Position numbers and translations under genes: made by a program. From an uncultured Methanosarcinales archaeon (GTDB lineage: Archaea > Nanobdellota > Nanobdellia > Woesearchaeales > UBA12501), in the NCBI GenBank assembly GCA_964343705.1, contig CAYFJX010000004.1, positions 69,583 through 133,582 on the forward strand: DNA of 64,000 nucleotides. The letters run 5' to 3'. This document shows positions 56,899-64,000 of this stretch, in pieces (positions within the stretch are counted from its first letter, which is position 1; every line of letters begins with the position of its first letter). The notes beneath the pieces were generated by a model. It had not been told where the DNA came from and made no database searches. It worked only from the letters and a program-made list of their open reading frames with translations.

Positions 56899-57912
56899 AT
56901 GGATGAAGTAAGATTTCCTACGATTGTTAGTGTGATTAGTGAAAAGTTTGGTGCTTATACCAAGGCTTTAACTGAAGCGCAGAACTTAGCTGGCAGAGAC
57001 GAGTTAGATGCTGATGAACGAAGAAGATTTGATGAGTTGATGCAACATTTAAGAAAAGATGAAGCGACTGCTGGTTTGCTTTCCTCTGAGCAGCGTGTTG
57101 GTCTTGATGCTGTTTTTGATGCTCATGTACAATTATCAAATGTTCCTTTTCCTGCTTGTATCAGTAAGATCACCCAAAACTATGTTGTTTTGAATAATAT
57201 TAGGCCTGTTGATGCTGATGATACTGTTCTTTGGAGTCATCCTAAGCTGTATATTCCTAAAAACATTATTAAGGATGCGAATGGCAATCACGTTAATAAA
57301 ACCCCTTATGAGTGGGCTGTTTTTTTTGAACAACAAGAGCAAAATGGCTGGTTTTTACCAAGTCCTGCAGACACTTGTAACATTCTGGCTGTTTTGTTTA
57401 AAAATAGGGAGGATAAGGAAGTAAGAAGAGTGTTTATGCAGTATAAAGACCAAGGCTATGGTTCTGGCCTGCACGCTCAGAATGGCCTTGTTGATTTTGG
57501 TGTAAGGCAATTTATTCATTACCCTAATGCTGCTGATTTTGGTAAGTCGGGAAGTGTTAATGCTGGCAGGAGAAGAACTGCTTTAAGTTTTGACAAGTTT
57601 GTTTTGCGAAGTGAGAGGTTAGAGGATGCCTTGCGTGTTCCTGAAAAAGCAAGGTATGTTCGGCAGTGGAGTTGTTTAAAAGATCCTTCTGTTTTGGTTG
57701 AGATTGGAGAGGAGTATGGCAATCCTGCTAGGTTGTGGTTTCCTTGGAACAGAAAGAATAGTACAGGATATAACAAGAAAATGCTGGCCTGGGTTGGTCA
57801 CATCGCCGATATCTTCACACTTTATGCCAGCGGCAATCTTTCCTTCTATTATGCTACTCGTGGGGTACTTCAGGCGCCGCAGGCGCGCAAACGAAAAAAT
57901 AGTTCCACCTGA
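56899..57912 (+). CDS. Hypothetical protein (338 aa) with Cys...His...Asp order suggestive of a papain/transglutaminase-like fold (speculative)
   Basis: PADTCNILAV ... WVGHIADIF ... D. The ATG is 2 nt after the stop of the previous gene. Confidence 0.4.
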   Translation: MDEVRFPTIVSVISEKFGAYTKALTEAQNLAGRDELDADERRRFDELMQHLRKDEATAGLLSSEQRVGLDAVFDAHVQLSNVPFPACISKITQNYVVLNNIRPVDADDTVLWSHPKLYIPKNIIKDANGNHVNKTPYEWAVFFEQQEQNGWFLPSPADTCNILAVLFKNREDKEVRRVFMQYKDQGYGSGLHAQNGLVDFGVRQFIHYPNAADFGKSGSVNAGRRRTALSFDKFVLRSERLEDALRVPEKARYVRQWSCLKDPSVLVEIGEEYGNPARLWFPWNRKNSTGYNKKMLAWVGHIADIFTLYASGNLSFYYATRGVLQAPQARKRKNSST

Positions 57913-58397
57913 AATAAAGGTTAGGTAAATCTTTATAAACACCAGCAACTTCTTTATTTTTGTCCTCATTGCTCTACTTCTTTGGTGGAACGGCATGGGC
58001 TCTACACGTCTCTTTGCTAGCGCCTCTTATTCAAGAGGACATAAAATTCAACCACAACAGCAAATGCCTGAAGTGGTGGTGCTAGAAACAGCAAGGAGGC
58101 TACTTAAGGGCGGCCTGGCTCGGTTGCAGCAACAATAACTTCAACCTTAATGCCAACAACAATCTTAACAGCAATAATACTGCTCGTGGAATAGCCCTAC
58201 CTCAGCGAGGACTTTTCTTTAAACTATTTAAGAGAGTTCTCTTCCCAATCACTAAAGCTAGTTTTCAGTTCAATAACATCATTTTCGAGATTTTTCAGTC
58301 CATCCAAAAGCTCTTTATAGTCCATACATGTCAGGTATAAATTAGAACTTTTAAAATTTTCTTCTATTTATGTTATCTAGGGTAGCTACCTGCTAGA

Positions 58398-58485
58398 ATC
58401 AGCTTGCCGCTCAAGCTCTAACTTCTTAGCGATTGCAGCAGAATTATTACTTAGGTTGAAAGCATGTGTGATCTCGTCAGCAAGG
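58398..58485. repeat. 88-bp exact direct repeat of the rps7 3'-terminal coding sequence (second copy at 59036..59123)
   Basis: Identical 88-mer atcagcttgccgctcaag...ctcgtcagcaagg. Flanking codons at both copies encode SSR-stop using different codons. Confidence 0.8.
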
Positions 58486-58492
58486 TACTTGA

Positions 58493-58615
58493 CTATAGCT
58501 TACCTATTGCTTCAAGAATCTTTTCATGTCCTTTGACTAAACTCATAAATCGATCTAGTTCATGTGATACAATTTTATATGCTTCTTTATCTTTTAAATT
58601 CTCTGATTTTGCCAT
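58493..58615 (-). CDS. Small ORF (40 aa), possible antitoxin partner of the Fic/Doc gene
   Basis: MAKSENLKDKEAYKIVSHELDRFMSLVKGHEKILEAIGKL. Overlaps the 3' end of the Doc gene by 29 nt. Confidence 0.3.
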   Translation of the reverse strand: MAKSENLKDKEAYKIVSHELDRFMSLVKGHEKILEAIGKL

Positions 58616-58979
58616 GTTTTAACCACTCTTTTATTTCACTATCCTGATAGTATCTTTCTCTGATGCCAAGCATAACGCGTGCCTGTTTTGGGTTGTTTTT
58701 TACTGCAAAACGCGCCTTGTTTTTACGTAAAAATTCTTTTGTTACAATAAATGCAGTTCTTCGATTTCCGCTAGCAAAAGGGTGTTCTCTGATGAGACCC
58801 TTGCAAAGCACTACTGCTTTATCATACATGTCTCCTCTTTCTTGTTTGCACAAATTAATTACTTTGTTTAATTTTGATTTATTTAAAACTTTAGGGGAAT
58901 CTGCTTTTTTAGTTTTCAAAAAAGCGATTGCAAGTAGATTATATTCAATAATTCGTTCTGGTGTTGGGTAATAAAGCAT
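58587..58979 (-). CDS. doc: Fic/Doc-family toxin (death-on-curing)
   Basis: The Fic motif HPFxxGNKRTA is present as HPFASGNRRTAF. 130 aa. Its own TATA (tttataaa) lies about 27 nt upstream. Confidence 0.7.
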   Translation of the reverse strand: MLYYPTPERIIEYNLLAIAFLKTKKADSPKVLNKSKLNKVINLCKQERGDMYDKAVVLCKGLIREHPFASGNRRTAFIVTKEFLRKNKARFAVKNNPKQARVMLGIRERYYQDSEIKEWLKHGKIREFKR

Positions 58980-59005
58980 TATAAGAAATTAATAGCTAAA
59001 ACTCT

Positions 59006-59013
59006 TTATAAAT
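59006..59013 (-). promoter_or_regulatory. TATA box for the doc cassette
   Basis: Minus strand reads gatttataaagagt, 27-34 nt upstream of the doc ATG, inside the rps7-doc spacer. Confidence 0.4.
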
Positions 59014-59023
59014 CTTCTTTTCT

Positions 59024-59623
59024 TTATCGACTACTATCAGCTTGCCGCTCAAGCTCTAACTTCTTAGCGATTGCAGCAGAATTATTACTTAGGTTGAAAG
59101 CATGTGTGATCTCGTCAGCAAGGCAGTCAACCATTGACTTTTTTCCATTGAAACTTTTGTGGAATGAACCTTGTGCCATAACACGTAGTGCAAAATCAAT
59201 GCGTCGTTGTGGTGAGCACTCAACTGCCTTTGGGTATCGAGCTCCACCATATTCAATGGTGATGATCTCTTCTCGTGGTGCAGCGTTTTCAATTGCTTTT
59301 ACCAGTGCTTCAACAGGGTTCTTGCCTGTTTTTTGCTCAACTTTGATAAGTGCTTTTTTGAGAATGTCTGCAGCAGTAGCATACTTGCCGGTGATACGGC
59401 CAGAGCTTTTGAAGTGTTTTTTGCTCTTGTGACCAGGTACCATTAGTTTGTTGATAAGTCGTTCAACAATAAATGACTTTGATTTGTGGAATCTGCTTCC
59501 TGCGTATTTTCCAGAACTCTTTGGTACAATACGTGGTTCTAAACAGATGTAATCTTTAAGCCCAAGGTCTTCTACTACGATATCTGTGGTAGGCCACTTG
59601 TTGAATGCTAATACTTCAGTCAT
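59024..59623 (-). CDS. rps7: 30S ribosomal protein S7 (uS7)
   Basis: 199 aa ending KAVECSPQRRIDFALRVMAQG. Typical archaeal uS7. Confidence 0.85.
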   Translation of the reverse strand: MTEVLAFNKWPTTDIVVEDLGLKDYICLEPRIVPKSSGKYAGSRFHKSKSFIVERLINKLMVPGHKSKKHFKSSGRITGKYATAADILKKALIKVEQKTGKNPVEALVKAIENAAPREEIITIEYGGARYPKAVECSPQRRIDFALRVMAQGSFHKSFNGKKSMVDCLADEITHAFNLSNNSAAIAKKLELERQADSSR

Positions 59624-59641
59624 AGCAATGCAGAAAAGCAG

Positions 59642-59657
59642 GGGGTTTATAAAGCTT
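59642..59657 (-). promoter_or_regulatory. BRE/TATA promoter of rps7 (aagctttataaacccc)
   Basis: The same 16-mer as upstream of rpl11. The TATA box is 23-30 nt from the ATG. Confidence 0.5.
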
Positions 59658-60022
59658 TTTGTTAGTTGTGTTCAGAATAAGCAGTAGGCTTATAAACTCT
59701 TTATCTACTCCTGCTTGATTAATGGCTGGATCAAAGAGTAAAGCTGGGGTGATACGTATGTTCCTCTATTTGGTGGTGAGCTCCAACGTGAACGAGCATT
59801 ATGGGTTGTTCCATTGCATATGGGGTATAAAGACAAGATACATCCTGATACAGAAGAACGATTAGTATCTATTGCAGTGGATCATCCTGATGTGGCAACT
59901 GCAACCTCTGCTCGGGTCTATCTGGAGAGGTGTGATATTCCTGCCCCCCAAGCAGTAAAATGACCACTATTTGGTGATTAAAAATAGGAAGGTTTAAATG
60001 TGGTGAGGTTACTTTCAGACGT

Positions 60023-61282
60023 ATGAATAAGCGTATTAAGATACAAGACAACCGTATTCGAGCACAAAGGCAAAATGGAACTACAGAGGGTTCAGTGCTC
60101 ATTGACTTTTTCAAGGAAAAATGGGGTTATTTTGCAGCAACTGGAGCTCTTATTGCATTACTAGCTGGTGGAATATACGCTCTTGGGGGAAAATCACCAT
60201 CAGAGGTGTGGGATGAACAATTCCCAGCAGTGGCAACTGTGCAATGTGGTGATTCAACATGTCTTGATATTAGTGATTATGTCAAAGGAGAGAATCTTAT
60301 TCAAATTCCACAAGGGGATTATTCAATATTCTTTGTAACCGATGTGCACTCAGACGCTGGACAACTTAAAGATATATTTGAACAAAATGATCTTGTAGCA
60401 CGCTTAGAATCAGGTGATTATGTTGTTATACAGGGAGATATGATTGATACAAAATTTATCTACACACGAGTTCCAGGACCAATTCCTGGAAAACACGTTG
60501 TACAACGAAAAATTGATGACGACACTGTAGCATTTTATGAAGTTAGTCAACCAAAAGAAATGGGCCAAGACAAAGCAGTAATAAAATTCTTGCAAGCAGT
60601 ACAAGAACAGCACCCACAAAATCTTGTTGTACTTCGGGGTAACCACGAAGAAATTGCAGTACAATACTACAAGCGGATTGCAGAAATTGCAGACCGTCAT
60701 GATCTCTCATTTGAAGACGCAGTTACTGCAGTTGCAAAAGGTTTAGTTGGTGTGCCTCAGGATTCGATGCTAGCAAATGAAAACGCGCGCATGCCAAAAG
60801 CTCCTGGGTTATTTCGTTCACAACTTGACCTTCTTAACTTTGACTTTGTCACACGAATGAGTGAAGCTGACTATGACTTTCTTGAAGCATTGCCTCATGG
60901 AGTTGTTTTTGGCAATGGTGTTGCAGCATTCCACGCCAAATGTCCACTGAGTCTTGAAGATCTTGAAGGTGTGTACCGAGGACGAGAATTAGATCGTTCT
61001 TCATACAAAACAACAGCATCAGAGTATACAACCTTGTGGCAACGTGAAGGTTCATGTGATCTTCCAGGTGTAACACTAGTACTTAATGGTCATTCAGAAC
61101 CACAAGAATTCAAGCATGGATACGATGCGGAACGAGGTATTGCAATCCAAAAAGATCGTGTTATCTTTGCGTCAGGAACACATGGTGTACATTCAAAAGA
61201 ACAGATTGTAAAACTTAAGGGTGATCAATCCTACACTCCTGCAGCATTGCAATCAGGTCAAGAACTTGTAGCAGTACAATAA
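60023..61282 (+). CDS. Calcineurin-like metallophosphoesterase with an N-terminal TM anchor
   Basis: Motifs FFVTDVHSD, GDMID and VLRGNHEE (D-x-H, GD-x-x-D, GNHE). Confidence 0.6.
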   Translation: MNKRIKIQDNRIRAQRQNGTTEGSVLIDFFKEKWGYFAATGALIALLAGGIYALGGKSPSEVWDEQFPAVATVQCGDSTCLDISDYVKGENLIQIPQGDYSIFFVTDVHSDAGQLKDIFEQNDLVARLESGDYVVIQGDMIDTKFIYTRVPGPIPGKHVVQRKIDDDTVAFYEVSQPKEMGQDKAVIKFLQAVQEQHPQNLVVLRGNHEEIAVQYYKRIAEIADRHDLSFEDAVTAVAKGLVGVPQDSMLANENARMPKAPGLFRSQLDLLNFDFVTRMSEADYDFLEALPHGVVFGNGVAAFHAKCPLSLEDLEGVYRGRELDRSSYKTTASEYTTLWQREGSCDLPGVTLVLNGHSEPQEFKHGYDAERGIAIQKDRVIFASGTHGVHSKEQIVKLKGDQSYTPAALQSGQELVAVQ

Positions 61283-61284
61283 TT

Positions 61285-61488
61285 CTACACATCAACAGCA
61301 ACAGCGCGATTCCAAAACCACGTAAACGCACTGATAATAATTATGGAAAGAACCACAGCTTCAATACTATGCAAGACAACGGTCTTAATCAGTGTTGTGC
61401 CAAACATACCTGTCTTCTTAAAATAGAAAAAGATAATGCCCATCATAAGCAAGGTCATCAGGCCAAAGTTCTTCATGATTACTTCCAT
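61285..61488 (-). CDS. Small two-TM membrane protein
   Basis: 67 aa, hydrophobic. Confidence 0.3.
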   Translation of the reverse strand: MEVIMKNFGLMTLLMMGIIFFYFKKTGMFGTTLIKTVVLHSIEAVVLSIIIISAFTWFWNRAVAVDV

Positions 61489-61565
61489 GTGTACTCTTTA
61501 ATGTTTGCTCTTAATAAATATTTCCTGCCGCAACCTTTTTAAATCATCTCCCTCAACTCTAGCTC

Positions 61566-64000
61566 ATGAAATCAACACCTAATGAAGGCACTAGTGATCG
61601 AGGACCCTTCTTTAGTCCGCGCTATAATGCACCAGAACTTGAACCACAAATAATGACATTCTGGGAAAAACAAGACACCTACGCAGCACTACAAAAAATG
61701 CGAAGCAAAGGAAAAGAGTTCTACTTTCTTGACGGACCCCCCTACACTAGTGGTCGTGTCCACATTGGAACAGCATGGAATAAATCACTCAAAGACATGG
61801 TGCTACGGTACAAACGAATGCAGGGCTTTAATGTGTGGGATCGAGCAGGCTATGACATGCATGGTCTTCCCACAGAGCACGCAACAGAAAAAAAACTAGG
61901 CATCAAAGGAAAAAAAGGCATACAACACATAGGTGTAAAAAAATTCATTGACGAATGTAAAACCCTATGCGTAGAAAACATGAAAGTAATGAACAAAGAT
62001 TTCCAACGCCTTGGAGCTTGGATGGACTTTGACAACGCCTATCAAACAATTAGCAAAGAATACATGGAAGGTGTTTGGTGGCTGGTAAAAAAAGCACATG
62101 ACAAAAAACGCTTGTATGAAGGAAAGCGAGCAATGACTTGGTGCGGGCATTGTGCAACAGCAATAGCTAAACACGAACTAGAATACAAAAACATAACAGA
62201 TACATCACTCTTTGTAAAATTTCCAGTTAAAGGGAAAGAAAACACATTTCTTCTTATCTGGACAACAACACCTTGGACAATACCATTCAACCTTGCAGTC
62301 ATGGTTAATCCAGAACTTGACTACTTAACTGTTGAAGTGCAAGACGGTGAAGAAAAAGGGCAGCATTGGATACTTGCCAAAGCACTTGCAGGGCCAGTCA
62401 TGAACATGATTGCAGAACGAAAGTATAAAGTTGTTGAGGAATACAAGGGAGAAAAACTTGAAGGAATACAATACACTCACCCACTTGAAAAAGATATACC
62501 TTACCTCAAAGAAATTGCAAAAGACAAAACTGCCGCAAAAAAATTACATACTGTTCTCATGAGTAATGAGTATGTAACAACAACTGCAGGAACAGGACTA
62601 GTGCACTGCGCACCGGGGTGCGGAGCTGAAGACTATGAAGTAGGTCACCGCAATGGTCTTCCAGCGTTTAACAACATTAATGACCATGCTGTTTTCGAAA
62701 ACATGGGTAAGTTTGACAAGCTTGTTGCTAAAAAAGATGACTTACAATTTGTAGAACATATTGAAGAATCAGGTTTTCTCCTTGGAAAAACAAAAATAGA
62801 TCACGATTACCCACACTGTGACCGGTGTCACAAGCCAGTTGTCTTCAAAGCAACAAAGCAATGGTTCTTCAAAGTTGAAGACCTAAAAAAACAAATGATT
62901 GCAGAAAATAAGAAAATAGGTTGGGTACCTGAAGCAGCATTCAACGCGTTCAATTCATGGCTAGAAAACCTACGTGATAATTCTATAACAAAACAACGAT
63001 ACTGGGGAACAGCAATTCCAGTATGGCGATGTGAAAAAGAAGATTGTGAAAAATACGACGTGTTTGGATCTGTTGCAGAACTTGAAAAAGCAGCAAAAAC
63101 AACAGTCAAAGACATGCATAAGCCTGCAATTGATGAGGTAACAGTACCTTGTGAGTGTGGCGGTACAAAAAAACGACTTCCTGACATTCTTGACGTTTGG
63201 GTAGATGCGGGTTCAGCATCATGGAACTGCCTTGACTATCCAGCAAGTGATAAGAATTTCAAACTCTGGCCTGCTGAATTCATTATGGAGGGTAAGGATC
63301 AAATACGTGGTTGGTTTAACTTGCTTATGGTTGGCTCAATCATAGCACTTGATAAGCCTTCATTCAAGAACTGTTACATGCATGGCTTTGTGCAAGATGC
63401 TCTCGGCAGAAAAATGTCAAAAAGCTTGGGCAATGTTATAAGTCCTTACGAAGTTATTGATGAGTATGGTGCAGACACATTCCGTTATTATAGTATAGGC
63501 GGGTGTCCCCCAGCAACAGACCTCAAATACAACTTTGAGGATATGAAACTAAAACACAAGAACCTCATGGTATTGTGGAACTTACACAAGTATGTGTTAG
63601 ACATAAGTAGAACAATGGGTGTTTTGCCTTCTGACATTGACGAAAAGACAATGGCAAAAAGTGTTGAAGAGAAATACATGCTTTCCTATCTTAACAACAC
63701 TTTAAAGAAATTAACACAAGCTCATGACACTTATGCACTCAATGAAATCCCTTGGCTTGTTGAAGGGCTCTTCCTAGAACTTTCACGAACATACATTCAA
63801 CTTATCAGAGAAAAAACAGTGCTTGGTACTAATGAAGAAAAACAAGCAGTACTCTTTGTTTTATCAAAGACAATGCTTGAAACACTTAAACTATTTGCAC
63901 CTGTTGCTCCCTTTATCAGTGAAGCAATGTATCAGAACATGCGACACGAATTCGGTGAAAAATGGTCACAACCTGACAGTATACATCATTGTGACTGGCC
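61566..64000 (+). CDS. ileS: Isoleucyl-tRNA synthetase (class Ia), 3'-truncated by the window end
   Basis: HIGH region PPYTSGRVHIGTAWN, WDRAGYDMHGLPTE, Zn-knuckle CDRCHKPVVFKATKQWF and KMSKSLGN. No stop before the window end. ValRS cannot be fully excluded. Confidence 0.65.
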   Translation, partial: MKSTPNEGTSDRGPFFSPRYNAPELEPQIMTFWEKQDTYAALQKMRSKGKEFYFLDGPPYTSGRVHIGTAWNKSLKDMVLRYKRMQGFNVWDRAGYDMHGLPTEHATEKKLGIKGKKGIQHIGVKKFIDECKTLCVENMKVMNKDFQRLGAWMDFDNAYQTISKEYMEGVWWLVKKAHDKKRLYEGKRAMTWCGHCATAIAKHELEYKNITDTSLFVKFPVKGKENTFLLIWTTTPWTIPFNLAVMVNPELDYLTVEVQDGEEKGQHWILAKALAGPVMNMIAERKYKVVEEYKGEKLEGIQYTHPLEKDIPYLKEIAKDKTAAKKLHTVLMSNEYVTTTAGTGLVHCAPGCGAEDYEVGHRNGLPAFNNINDHAVFENMGKFDKLVAKKDDLQFVEHIEESGFLLGKTKIDHDYPHCDRCHKPVVFKATKQWFFKVEDLKKQMIAENKKIGWVPEAAFNAFNSWLENLRDNSITKQRYWGTAIPVWRCEKEDCEKYDVFGSVAELEKAAKTTVKDMHKPAIDEVTVPCECGGTKKRLPDILDVWVDAGSASWNCLDYPASDKNFKLWPAEFIMEGKDQIRGWFNLLMVGSIIALDKPSFKNCYMHGFVQDALGRKMSKSLGNVISPYEVIDEYGADTFRYYSIGGCPPATDLKYNFEDMKLKHKNLMVLWNLHKYVLDISRTMGVLPSDIDEKTMAKSVEEKYMLSYLNNTLKKLTQAHDTYALNEIPWLVEGLFLELSRTYIQLIREKTVLGTNEEKQAVLFVLSKTMLETLKLFAPVAPFISEAMYQNMRHEFGEKWSQPDSIHHCDW

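Noticed and set aside
59650-60114. Expected rps12 immediately upstream of rps7 (ORF 59869..60114 on the minus strand)
   Set aside because: The translation has no S12 signature. The region is better explained as the rps7 promoter plus the 5' UTR of the metallophosphoesterase gene. rps12 is apparently not adjacent here.

Overview
The window is a low-GC archaeal chromosome segment, probably from a DPANN-like lineage. Archaeal markers include uL11/Spt5/SecE, FtsZ, a thermosome subunit, an HMf-type histone plus a doublet histone-fold protein, archaeal-type GluRS, uS7, Rad50, tRNAs with canonical and non-canonical introns, and leaderless genes behind TATA boxes of the form aagctttataaa. Housekeeping genes are interleaved with accessory material: at least five toxin-antitoxin modules (vapBC, hicBA, relE/AbrB, Fic/Doc, and a possible Zn-ribbon-AbrB pair), a stand-alone Cas4-like nuclease and a truncated TrmB copy. 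Seven items stand out. (1) A ~135-nt intergenic element occurs four times in both orientations, with a GC-rich hairpin that shows compensatory changes. (2) A ~68-nt GC-rich repeat occurs twice, once as half of a 165-bp nested palindrome. (3) An exact 88-bp duplication of the rps7 3' end brackets a Fic/Doc cassette. (4) A tRNA cluster has T-loop and variable-arm introns and partial tRNA copies. (5) A GHKL-ATPase gene is followed by a gene for an acidic-tailed protein. (6) A sigma-54-type AAA+ protein with an intact GAFTGA motif occurs in this archaeon, upstream of a YprB-like exonuclease gene. (7) A tandem family of small secreted proteins with a conserved CxC...C motif lies beside a three-gene operon of unknowns. 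No CRISPR array or rRNA gene is present. All calls are from reading the sequence and ORF translations; no database search was run.
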